Source of the DNA: Waddliaceae bacterium
Lineage (GTDB): Bacteria > Chlamydiota > Chlamydiia > Chlamydiales > SLFE01
Reading direction: 5' to 3'
Assembly: GCA_963771045.1 (NCBI GenBank)
Contig: CAVYRW010000004.1
Location: 1,472,001-1,536,000 of the forward strand
DNA: 64,000 nucleotides
Shown: in pieces, positions 40,006 to 49,441 of the stretch
Numbering within the stretch: position 1 is the first letter of the stretch
How the letters are laid out: each line of letters opens with the position of its first letter
Program-made: the position numbers and the translations under genes
Notes under the pieces: model-generated
Database searches by the model: none
What the model was told of the DNA's origin: nothing
The model's input: the letters and a program-made list of their open reading frames with translations, nothing else

Positions 40006-41191
40006 ACTCCATCTCTTCGAAGCCTTTGGAATCGAGCTGGAATATATGATCGTGGATAAAGACACGCTCGATGTCAAGCCTATTGCCGACCGGCTTTTTT
40101 TCTCTTATGCCAAAACGTATGATTCGGAAATAGAAAGAGGGTCGATTAGCTGGAATAACGAACTGGCGCTTCATGTGCTTGAGCTCAAAACGACCTTGCC
40201 GACAAACGACCTGAGTAAAATTCACCACGCATTCACCAAAGAAGTGCAGATGATCAACAAGCTCCTAAAACCTTTCAACGCCTGCTTGATGCCAACAGCA
40301 ATGCACCCGTGGATGAACCCTCTTGACGAACTGCGCCTCTGGCCCCACGGAGACAACCCCTGGTACCAGGAGTTTCACAGAATCTTCGACTGCCGCGGGC
40401 ACGGCTGGGCCAACCTGCAAAGCATGCACATCAACTTCCCCTTCGAAGGCGAGAAGGAATTTGTTCGTCTCCATTCGGCCATACGGCTGATCCTTCCGAT
40501 CATTCCCGCCATCGCTGCCAGCTCTCCCATCATGGAAGGAAAAGCAACCGGAATCAAAGATAGCCGCCTTGAAGTCTACAAATCCAACTCAAAAAAGATC
40601 CCTTCGATAACCGGAGAGGTCATCCCCGAAGTTGTCCGCTCTTTTAGCGACTACCAAAATATTCTTGGCCGCATATCGGAAGATCTGTCCAAAGAAGATC
40701 CCAAAAAAGTCCTCGATCCAGAATGGACAAATTCTCGGGGCGCCATCGTCCGTTTCGAAAGAAACGCTATCGAAATCAGGCTCATCGACACGCAAGAGAG
40801 CGCCCTTTCCGATCTGGCCGTTTCCCACGCAGTCATCTCCTTAGTCCGCTGGCTGACAGGCCGCGCCACCTCCGACTACCATAAGTTCGATGAAAAGCGG
40901 CTCAAAGCCATACTCGACCAAACAATTAAACATGCGGAAAACGCCCTGATCGAAGACACCGAGTATTTAAATCTTTTTGAATGCAGCTCCCCCTGCAAAG
41001 CAAAAGAGCTCTGGAACCTGCTCTACGATAAACACCTGGCAGCGGATAAAACGTTCGAGCCTCCATTAAAAACCATTCTAGCCAAAGGATCGCTTGCGAC
41101 AAGAATTGCCAGCGCCGCAGAAAAATATCCGTTGAAAGATATTTATCGCAGGCTTTGTCAAACCCTTCACGAGGGGCGGATTTTTGACTAA
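39986..41191 (+). CDS. Glutamate-cysteine ligase family 2 (GCS2) carboxylate-amine ligase
   Basis: GIELEYMIVD, NELALHVLELKT, PTAMHP, SMHINFP, AASSP and AIEIR motifs. Confidence 0.88.
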   Translation: MQKSLVKLHLFEAFGIELEYMIVDKDTLDVKPIADRLFFSYAKTYDSEIERGSISWNNELALHVLELKTTLPTNDLSKIHHAFTKEVQMINKLLKPFNACLMPTAMHPWMNPLDELRLWPHGDNPWYQEFHRIFDCRGHGWANLQSMHINFPFEGEKEFVRLHSAIRLILPIIPAIAASSPIMEGKATGIKDSRLEVYKSNSKKIPSITGEVIPEVVRSFSDYQNILGRISEDLSKEDPKKVLDPEWTNSRGAIVRFERNAIEIRLIDTQESALSDLAVSHAVISLVRWLTGRATSDYHKFDEKRLKAILDQTIKHAENALIEDTEYLNLFECSSPCKAKELWNLLYDKHLAADKTFEPPLKTILAKGSLATRIASAAEKYPLKDIYRRLCQTLHEGRIFD

Positions 41192-41837
41192 CCTAATCAT
41201 CACATGCGAACACGGCGGCAATGAAATTCCCGATGAATGGAAAGACCTGTTTCCTCAGCCATGCCCCGAGCTCATGACACATCGCGGATACGATATCGGA
41301 GCGCTTAAAATTGCCAAACATCTTGCTGAGGCATTCTCCGCGCCGCTGTTTTACAATGAAATTACCAGGCTCCTTATCGATTTCAACCGATCGATAGGTC
41401 GCAAAAACCAGTTTAGCGAATTTTCAAGAAGACTCCCCAAGGCCGAGAAGAACCAATTAATCGAGTCCTACTATCTTCCCTACAGACAAAATATCGAACA
41501 GACGATCCGGCCGCTGCTTCCAGTGATTCACCTATCCGTCCACAGCTTTACTCCCTGTTTGAAAGGGAAAGTGCGCGATGTCGATATCGGCCTTCTTTAC
41601 GATCCCAAAAAACCAACCGAAAAGAAGCTGGCCTGCCGCTGGAAGCAAAACATCCCCAAAAACTACCGCGTCAGGATGAATAAGCCTTACCTCGGCATCT
41701 CCGACGGACTGATCCCTGAGCTTAGAAAGCAATTCGCCTCTCCCGGTTACACAGGACTTGAACTTGAAGTGAATCAGGGTATCCTTTCAAATGATTTGGA
41801 AAACATCCTAAAAGAGAGTTTAGAAAGAACTCTATGA
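41184..41837 (+). CDS. N-formylglutamate amidohydrolase family protein
   Basis: ITCEHGGN, HRGYDIGA, RLLIDFNRS, SVHSFTP, IGLLYD, N.PY and ELEVNQ motifs. Confidence 0.9.
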   Translation: MTNLIITCEHGGNEIPDEWKDLFPQPCPELMTHRGYDIGALKIAKHLAEAFSAPLFYNEITRLLIDFNRSIGRKNQFSEFSRRLPKAEKNQLIESYYLPYRQNIEQTIRPLLPVIHLSVHSFTPCLKGKVRDVDIGLLYDPKKPTEKKLACRWKQNIPKNYRVRMNKPYLGISDGLIPELRKQFASPGYTGLELEVNQGILSNDLENILKESLERTL

Positions 41838-42559
41838 AAGAAAAGCAGCAAATCACATTAAAAATTTCGCCTCAGCCCACGGAGACGACCTGCGGACCGA
41901 CTTGCCTGCATGCCGTCTATGCCTATTATGGCCTCGATCTTCCCATTGAGGATATCATCGAAGAAGTTTCGAGCCTGGAGGAAGGCGGAACAATTGCCGT
42001 CATGCTGGCCCAGCACGCTTTGAGAAACGGATTTCATACAAAAATCTACTCCTATAACCTGCAAGTTTTCGATCCCACTTGGTTTCAGCCGAACCAATTA
42101 AATCCCGAGTCGCTTCAGGTTAAATTGAAAGAAAGAGCTAAGAAAAAGAATAAAAAACGCATCAAACTCACTTGCAATGCCTACATCGACTACCTCTCCC
42201 TTGGCGGCGAGCTGAGAATGCACGAACTCGACCATCAGCTGATCCGAAACTATCTCAAAAAAGGAATCCCCATACTCACCGGACTCAGCTCCACTTACCT
42301 TTACCAGTCCGAAAGGGTCTACTACGACGGGGAAAACTTCTTTCTCGATGATGTCATGGGAGACCCCGAAGGCCACTTTGTCGTCCTTGAGAGCTACGAT
42401 CCGCACACACGGACTGTCACAGTTTTAGATCCGTACCAGCAAAACCCTTACTCCGAAGAGCTGAAATACACGATCGACTTAGACAGGCTCATCAACTCGA
42501 TTCTCCTTGGCGTCCTCACCCACGACGCCAATCTCCTTGTTATTGAAAAATCTGAATAA
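41834..42559 (+). CDS. Peptidase C39-like (papain-fold) protein
   Basis: QPTETTCGPTCL (catalytic Cys), GHFVVL..YD (His) and V.DPY (Asp). Confidence 0.85.
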   Translation: MKEKQQITLKISPQPTETTCGPTCLHAVYAYYGLDLPIEDIIEEVSSLEEGGTIAVMLAQHALRNGFHTKIYSYNLQVFDPTWFQPNQLNPESLQVKLKERAKKKNKKRIKLTCNAYIDYLSLGGELRMHELDHQLIRNYLKKGIPILTGLSSTYLYQSERVYYDGENFFLDDVMGDPEGHFVVLESYDPHTRTVTVLDPYQQNPYSEELKYTIDLDRLINSILLGVLTHDANLLVIEKSE

Positions 42560-42629
42560 TTACCTTTTCTTTATCTAAAATTAATCAAGCCTTAACAATT
42601 TTAAATTAAGCTATATATTTTAAATTAAG

Positions 42630-43643
42630 GTGAACATCATGACAATAAATATTGAATTTGGAAGCTATAATGTCGGCCAGGGTTGGAACGATTATAAGTA
42701 CATGCTCAGTGCAAACCGGACAGAATTAAACAAAATTAACGATAAGTTACAGGGGTTGAATACCCCACAAGAAATCGAAAAAATCATTAAAAATTTATCT
42801 GACCAGATAGAAAGAAAATGCGCGGAAAAAATCTCAAAAAGAATTGATGTTCTCTGCCTTCAGGAATTGATAGATTTAAAGCGGCCATTTGCTCAGGAAT
42901 TAATAAAAAATGGTTTTAAAATCTATCGATGCGGAAACAATCCCGGTGACGTAATGAGCACTGCCGTAGCTGTCAAAACTGACAAGTTTAGCACTATCTG
43001 CAACAAATCATTTAAAAGCATGTCCGGAAATGGACAAGTGGGCGTTTATGGCCAGGAAATCGCATCCATTGAAGCGACACTGAAAAACTCCAAAACAAAA
43101 CTTAATTTCTCTTCGCTCCATTCTTGGGGATTTCAATTATATCATCCCGATAAAACACAAAAAAATATCCCAGACCTTGAAAACAAACAGAGAGCGCTCG
43201 CTTATGCACAAGAGGCCGTCAAAACCGTAAAGACACATACCGGCTGCTCATTCATTGGCGGAGATATGAACAACAATACCGATAATTACAAAGAACAATT
43301 TTCTGTATTTGAGAAAGCTGGTTACGACGTCTTAGAAACGACTCAAACAACAAATATCAACCACGGTGATTTAGCATACGGAGATGAAAAAGAAAGAAAA
43401 GTCGACTATCTTTTTGCCAAAGGACCATCGAAAATCGGCAAGATCTGGAATAAATTTATTTCACTTTTCAAAACAACTATAACAATGCAAACCCTCGGAG
43501 CGTGGCCGCTTAAAGATTTCGAATTTGAGATGGATAAGAATTGCTCCGACCATAAACCCATCTGCACAACGATCATTATCAAATCTCGGAAATCGACTGT
43601 GGCCAGGATTTGGCATTCTTTTAAAAGCGTTTTTCGACGTTAA
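42630..43643 (+). CDS. Endonuclease/exonuclease/phosphatase (EEP) family protein
   Basis: SYNV, DVLCLQE, GGDMN, VDYLF and SDHKP motifs. Confidence 0.85.
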   Translation: MNIMTINIEFGSYNVGQGWNDYKYMLSANRTELNKINDKLQGLNTPQEIEKIIKNLSDQIERKCAEKISKRIDVLCLQELIDLKRPFAQELIKNGFKIYRCGNNPGDVMSTAVAVKTDKFSTICNKSFKSMSGNGQVGVYGQEIASIEATLKNSKTKLNFSSLHSWGFQLYHPDKTQKNIPDLENKQRALAYAQEAVKTVKTHTGCSFIGGDMNNNTDNYKEQFSVFEKAGYDVLETTQTTNINHGDLAYGDEKERKVDYLFAKGPSKIGKIWNKFISLFKTTITMQTLGAWPLKDFEFEMDKNCSDHKPICTTIIIKSRKSTVARIWHSFKSVFRR

Positions 43644-43832
43644 CACATTTACAGCAGTTCCCGCTGAGATTTTTACCGCTGAAAACACGGGGAGAAAATT
43701 TTAGCATTCTACACACATATTAACATTTAGCAGTTAATGCCCAGCGGGAGTACAGGGAAATTGCATGAAGAAATGATTTGACATGTCAAGCCAGATTTTG
43801 AAGACTTTACCTTCTTAAAATGGAGGTATATA

Positions 43833-45026
43833 ATGTCATCTCAAAATCTTATAAGTGAGACATCAATCATGATTAGCTTTTCCGTCCTGCCTGATCCTAG
43901 GGAATCGAGAAATCAAAAATATCCGTTATTCGATATTTTAACTATAGCCATACTCGGGGTTCTTTGTGGTGCCGATGACTGGGTTGATGTCGCCTTATGG
44001 GGCGAATCTAACCAAGACTGGCTTAAACAGTACGGCATTGGAGAAAATGGTACTCCTTCACATGATACTTTTAGTCGTTTTTTCCGCTATGTAGACCCTG
44101 TTGCATTCGAAAAATGTTTCCTCTCTTGGACCCAGAAAATTTCTAAAGCCGTTGAAGGTGTCATAGCTTTGGATGGAAAGACTATTTGCAACTCTAAAAG
44201 TTGCGGTACACAAGCTATTCATTTGGTAAGCGCATTCTCAGCCGAGAATGATCTTGTATTAGGGCAATTGGCCACTGAGGCCAAATCAAATGAGATAACA
44301 GCATTTCCATTATTGATTGAGATGTTGGATTTAAAAAAAGCTACTGTGACAATAGATGCAGCTGGCTGCCAAAAAACAATCGCATCTCTAATCCGCGAAA
44401 AAGGAGGCGATTACGTATTCGGACTTAAGAGGAATCAGGAAAATTTATACGCTGAAGCGGAACATTTTTTTAATCAAGCGCTTAACCTTAAGCCGGAAGA
44501 AGCTGAATGTGAATACTATATAACGGAGGAAAAATCAAGAAATCGTTTTGAGAAAAGAGAGGTGTGGGTAACATCGAATCTTGATTGGTTGCCGCAAGTG
44601 GAAGAATGGAAAGGTTTATCATCTCTGGCTTGTGTAAGGAGCACAAGGATTGTAAAAGAGAAAGAGACAGTAGAGCTAAGGTATTATATATCAAGTATAA
44701 AGGGCGATGCGGAAAGAATAGGAAAAGCCATAAGGAGTCATTGGTCGATTGAAAACAAACTTCATTGGCAGCTTGATGTTTCTTATGGAGAAGATGGAAG
44801 CAAAGTTCGAAAAGATAATGGTGCGGAAAATTTTTCGATAATTCGACGATCAACTTTGAATTTACTTAAAGCAGACAAGAAAACAAAAGCAGGTATCAAA
44901 AATAAGCGATCAAAAGCAGGTTGGAATAAGCAGTATATGATAAATATTTTGACGGGAAAGTGTGTATCCGTTCACGGGGTAACTCTAGGAACGGCTACCG
45001 CCTCGCGCGCTACCCCACAAAAATAA
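43833..45026 (+). CDS. ISAs1 transposase; last about 20 aa come from read-through into IS66
   Basis: DPR, PSHDTF, IALDGK, KSNEITA, TIDA.GCQ and RSHWSIENKLHW.LDV motifs. Confidence 0.92.
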   Translation: MSSQNLISETSIMISFSVLPDPRESRNQKYPLFDILTIAILGVLCGADDWVDVALWGESNQDWLKQYGIGENGTPSHDTFSRFFRYVDPVAFEKCFLSWTQKISKAVEGVIALDGKTICNSKSCGTQAIHLVSAFSAENDLVLGQLATEAKSNEITAFPLLIEMLDLKKATVTIDAAGCQKTIASLIREKGGDYVFGLKRNQENLYAEAEHFFNQALNLKPEEAECEYYITEEKSRNRFEKREVWVTSNLDWLPQVEEWKGLSSLACVRSTRIVKEKETVELRYYISSIKGDAERIGKAIRSHWSIENKLHWQLDVSYGEDGSKVRKDNGAENFSIIRRSTLNLLKADKKTKAGIKNKRSKAGWNKQYMINILTGKCVSVHGVTLGTATASRATPQK

Positions 45027-45836
45027 TAAAAATTTTATACGGCATAAAATAAGATTTTTATTATTATTCTGGTTGTTCAAAACCACTTTATAACATGAAG
45101 CCAACCTACGAAGAACTCTTTGAAAAGCTGAATAAAGCCTTGGAGGAAATTGAAATCCTCAAAAAGGAAAACCAGGCACTCAAGGCAAAAGTTAAGGAGC
45201 TCGAAGATAAACTCAACACCAACTCTTCGAATAGCTCTAAGCCCCCCTCGCAAGATCCTTTCAGAGCTCAAAGAAAGAAGGAACCTACGGGGCGTAAACA
45301 GGGAGCACAAAAAGGTCATAAGGGCCACCCCCGTCAACTAGTTCCAATTAATCAGGTGCAGTCGCTGCATAACATAAAGCCGGACACTTGTCCGAACTGC
45401 CACTCCCACTCGTTTAATTCGGAGGTGGTCAGAACGGATGTACGACAAGTAGTGGAATTACCGGACGCTCCTCCGGAAGTTACTCAATACAACATTCACA
45501 CCTGTCAGTGTAGCGGATGTGGTAAGCATGTAAAGGCTGATATTCCCGAAGAAGCGCGATTTGGTTTTGGTCCCCGATTAATGGGTTTCGTCACTTCTCT
45601 TTCAGGAGAGTTTAGATTATCCAAACGTCAAGTCTGTGCTCTAATGGGCAGACTCAATATTCGGATATGTTCCGGCAGCGTGTGTAAAATCCATGTCCGA
45701 GCTAGTCAGATTTTAAAAGCACCATACGAAGAAATTAGGACACACACTCTAAATGAAGAACATATTTATGCCGATGAAACGAGTTGGAAAACGATGTCGG
45801 AAAAGAGATGGATTTGGGTCGGAAGCGGCAAGGAAA

Positions 45837-47234
45837 GAGGGTGTAAAATAAACTGTGTAAACTCATTTACAGCCCCATCGCTTTTTTCATCCTGTCGTCA
45901 AACAGAATTGAAAACTGAGATATTGCTGATATCCAGCCTTTGATAGGCTTTGTCCATTTCTCGGATAAGCTCGAGACAGTTAAAAATAGCAATTTGAAAA
46001 GAGAGTCGTCTGTTGGAAAGACAGAACGGCTTTTTGTAGTCTTTCTAAACTGCCTGTGGAGTGATTCTACGGCATTTGTAGTATAAATAATACGTCGAAT
46101 TTCTTCGGGGTATTTAAAAAAGGTTCGGATATTATCCCAGTTGTCTGCCCAGGGATTGACGGCTAAGGGGTATCTTGTTGCCCATTTTTCCTGCAGAACA
46201 AGCAGGTTTTCCTCAGCCAAAATTTCTGTTTCAGCCCGATAGATGTTTTTCAGATCCGACACAAATTCCTTCGAATGCTTATGAGGAATGTATTTAAACG
46301 AATTTCGGATCAAATGGATGACGCATAACTGAATCTCAGTCTCGGGAAACACGGCATTAATTGCTTCCGGCATTCCTTTTAAGCCATCAACACAGGCAAT
46401 TAAAACGTCGTCAACGCCTCTATTTTTAAGCTCTGTGAAAACTCGTAACCAAAATTTGGCTCCTTCGTTTTCACCGATCCATAAACCTAAAACATCCTTT
46501 TGCCCCTCAAGATCGATTCCCAGGCAGGTATACACAGCTTTTGTAACCACCTTTCCATCTTCACGAACCTTATAATGAATAGCATCAAAATAGGTAATAG
46601 CGTAGATCTTTTCAAGCGGTCTTGATTGCCACTCTCTTGCGACTTCTAAAGCCTTTTCCGTGATATGGGATACGGCCGTAGGGGATATTTCAGCACCATA
46701 TATTTCCTGAACATGAGCCTGTATATCCCGGGTGCTCATTCCCTTTGCATACATGGAGAGGATTTTCTGATCGAATGAGGTAATATTTCGTTGCCGTTTC
46801 TTGACGATTTTTGGCTCAAAATCACCATTCCTATCTCGGGGCACCTCTAAATCGAGAGGACCGTAGGAACTTTGGACAGATTTTGAAAGCTTGCCATTGC
46901 GGCTGTTGCCGGTGTGATGGCCTTCAGGTGAGTATTTGGAATAGCCGATATGCTCTTCCATTTCCTTCTCAAGGAGTTGTTCTACCATACCACCCAACAA
47001 CCTTTGTAAAAGGCCGTTTTTGCCACATAAGTCGTCCATGGTTTCGCATTTCGACAACTCTTTATCGAGATCGATTTTTAGTTTTGAGAATTTCATAAGT
47101 TGTTCCTGTGTAAATTAAAATTAAAAATTTGTCGCCCCTCCCCCTGCAGGGGGAGGAACCTCCTTCTACTTGTTTACAAGGTATTTACTATAATACACTT
47201 GCAACTTAATTTACACAGTTCAGATTACACTACC
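45837..47234 (-). mobile_element. IS256-family element with 8-bp TSD CAAGGAAA
   Basis: Imperfect IRs GAGGGTGTAAAATAAACTGTGTAAA / TTTACACAGTTCAGATTACACTACC; TSD at 45829-45836 and 47235-47242. Confidence 0.92.
45867..47096 (-). CDS. IS256 (mutator) transposase, intact
   Basis: NSRNG, VPRDRNG.FEP, GMSTRDI, YFDA, DGLKG, QLCVIH and YTTNAVES motifs. Confidence 0.95.
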   Translation of the reverse strand: MKFSKLKIDLDKELSKCETMDDLCGKNGLLQRLLGGMVEQLLEKEMEEHIGYSKYSPEGHHTGNSRNGKLSKSVQSSYGPLDLEVPRDRNGDFEPKIVKKRQRNITSFDQKILSMYAKGMSTRDIQAHVQEIYGAEISPTAVSHITEKALEVAREWQSRPLEKIYAITYFDAIHYKVREDGKVVTKAVYTCLGIDLEGQKDVLGLWIGENEGAKFWLRVFTELKNRGVDDVLIACVDGLKGMPEAINAVFPETEIQLCVIHLIRNSFKYIPHKHSKEFVSDLKNIYRAETEILAEENLLVLQEKWATRYPLAVNPWADNWDNIRTFFKYPEEIRRIIYTTNAVESLHRQFRKTTKSRSVFPTDDSLFKLLFLTVSSLSEKWTKPIKGWISAISQFSILFDDRMKKAMGL

Positions 47235-48047
47235 CAAGGAAACTGTGTTTTTCGCAATCAAGGCTTCACGCAGCAACAAGGCATTCCGCGAGATCTTTGG
47301 TTCTTTCAAAGGGGGTTTAACAACCGATCGCTATAATGCCTATAATTCGCATGAAGGTCTGCGACAACTTTGCTGGTCGCATGCAGATAGAGATTTTGAA
47401 AAGATTGCAGGCAGGGATGGATTTGATAAATGGATCGGGGAACGGTTGTTAGAGTGTAAAAAGTCGATATTCAATCTTTGGCATAGCTACAAAAACGGTG
47501 AGATTGCAAGGGACGAACTGATCGAGAAGATCGAAATAGGCCCAAAAGAAGATTTGAAAGTCCTCCTCAAAGCTGGTGCAATTCACAAAGAATGTTGCAA
47601 TAAAACGAGGTCGACTTGCGCTGATTTTTTTGGACGGTTCGAGATGTTATGGGTATTTGCCTATCATGAGAATATCGAACCGACTAACAATACAGCCGAG
47701 CAACGTCTTAGAGGCGGAGTCATTTGGAGGAAGCTATGCTTTGGCTCACAATCAGAAGAAGGTGAGCGATTTGTCGAACGGGTGTTAACAGTTGGTATGA
47801 CATTGAAGTTACGTGCTCAAAATTCGTTCGATTATTTTACCGAATGTTTTAAAGCATACATTCATGGCGGACAAGCGCCGCCGATATTTTCAAAATAGAA
47901 AACGGTTTCCTACGACACAAATTCACGAGGTAGTTCTCGGTTAACAAAACGTGTTAGAAGTTTACGACTCCCCCTGGGGGGGGTACCCCCGTGAACAGAT
48001 ACGAAAGTGTTAAATAATTTCTTCATGCAATTTCCCTGGGGGGTACC

Positions 48048-49285
48048 CAGGGAAATTGCATGAAGAAATTATTTAACACTTTCCCGTCAAAATATTTATC
48101 ATATACTGCTTATTCCAACCTGCTTTTGATCGCTTATTTTTGATACCTGCTTTTGTTTTCTTGTCTGCTTTAAGTAAATTCAAAGTTGATCGTCGAATTA
48201 TCGAAAAATTTTCCGCACCATTATCTTTTCGAACTTTGCTTCCATCTTCTCCATAAGAAACATCAAGCTGCCAATGAAGTTTGTTTTCAATCGACCAATG
48301 ACTCCTTATGGCTTTTCCTATTCTTTCCGCATCGCCCTTTATACTTGATATATAATACCTTAGCTCTACTGTCTCTTTCTCTTTTACAATCCTTGTGCTC
48401 CTTACACAAGCCAGAGATGATAAACCTTTCCATTCTTCCACTTGCGGCAACCAATCAAGATTCGATGTTACCCACACCTCTCTTTTCTCAAAACGATTTC
48501 TTGATTTTTCCTCCGTTATATAGTATTCACATTCAGCTTCTTCCGGCTTAAGGTTAAGCGCTTGATTAAAAAAATGTTCCGCTTCAGCGTATAAATTTTC
48601 CTGATTCCTCTTAAGTCCGAATACGTAATCGCCTCCTTTTTCGCGGATTAGAGATGCGATTGTTTTTTGGCAGCCAGCTGCATCTATTGTCACAGTAGCT
48701 TTTTTTAAATCCAACATCTCAATCAATAATGGAAATGCTGTTATCTCATTTGATTTGGCCTCAGTGGCCAATTGCCCTAATACAAGATCATTCTCGGCTG
48801 AGAATGCGCTTACCAAATGAATAGCTTGTGTACCGCAACTTTTAGAGTTGCAAATAGTCTTTCCATCCAAAGCTATGACACCTTCAACGGCTTTAGAAAT
48901 TTTCTGGGTCCAAGAGAGGAAACATTTTTCGAATGCAACAGGGTCTACATAGCGGAAAAAACGACTAAAAGTATCATGTGAAGGAGTACCATTTTCTCCA
49001 ATGCCGTACTGTTTAAGCCAGTCTTGGTTAGATTCGCCCCATAAGGCGACATCAACCCAGTCATCGGCACCACAAAGAACCCCGAGTATGGCTATAGTTA
49101 AAATATCGAATAACGGATATTTTTGATTTCTCGATTCCCTAGGATCAGGCAGGACGGAAAAGCTAATCATGATTGATGTCTCACTTATAAGATTTTGAGA
49201 TGACATTATATACCTCCATTTTAAGAAGGTAAAGTCTTCAAAATCTGGCTTGACATGTAAATAATTTCTTCATGCAATTTCCCTG
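48048..49285 (-). mobile_element. ISAs1-family element, copy 2 (inverted), flanked by GGGGGTACC direct repeats
   Basis: IRs at 48048 and 49285; GGGGGTACC at 48039-48047 and 49286-49294. Confidence 0.92.
48073..49206 (-). CDS. ISAs1 transposase, intact
   Basis: 377 aa, same translation as the first 377 aa of copy 1. Confidence 0.95.
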   Translation of the reverse strand: MSSQNLISETSIMISFSVLPDPRESRNQKYPLFDILTIAILGVLCGADDWVDVALWGESNQDWLKQYGIGENGTPSHDTFSRFFRYVDPVAFEKCFLSWTQKISKAVEGVIALDGKTICNSKSCGTQAIHLVSAFSAENDLVLGQLATEAKSNEITAFPLLIEMLDLKKATVTIDAAGCQKTIASLIREKGGDYVFGLKRNQENLYAEAEHFFNQALNLKPEEAECEYYITEEKSRNRFEKREVWVTSNLDWLPQVEEWKGLSSLACVRSTRIVKEKETVELRYYISSIKGDAERIGKAIRSHWSIENKLHWQLDVSYGEDGSKVRKDNGAENFSIIRRSTLNLLKADKKTKAGIKNKRSKAGWNKQYMINILTGKC

Positions 49286-49309
49286 GGGGGTACCCCCGTG
49301 AACAGATAC
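49286..49309 (+). mobile_element. Orphan IS66 right end
   Basis: GGGGGTACCCCCGTGAACAGATAC matches the end of the IS66 at 48002. Confidence 0.8.
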
Positions 49310-49441
49310 AATTTTATTTAATAATAAATACCTAAAATTGGTTAATAATAAAACATTTAATATAATATAATGGTATTTAGATATATTATTTTTTAACCTA
49401 AGAGGTTTATTATGTCTAGCTCTAGACCAGTTGACAAAACC

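Larger units (their letters stand above)
45095..47898 (+). pseudogene. IS66 transposase split by IS256
   Basis: NSSNSSKPPS, CPNC/CSGC, ADETSW before the insertion; TDRYNAY, QLCWSH and EPTNNTAEQRLR after it; removing IS256 plus one TSD restores the frame (GSGKETVFF). Confidence 0.9.
44964..48002 (+). mobile_element. IS66-family (single-ORF, ISBst12-like) element with 8-bp TSD GAAAGTGT
   Basis: IRs GTATCCGTTCACGGGG / CCCCGTGAACAGATAC; TSD at 44956-44963 and 48003-48010. Confidence 0.92.
43753..48038 (+). mobile_element. ISAs1-family element, copy 1, interrupted at its last codon by IS66
   Basis: IR CAGGGAAATTGCATGAAGAAAT at 43753 and its complement ending at 48038. Confidence 0.92.
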
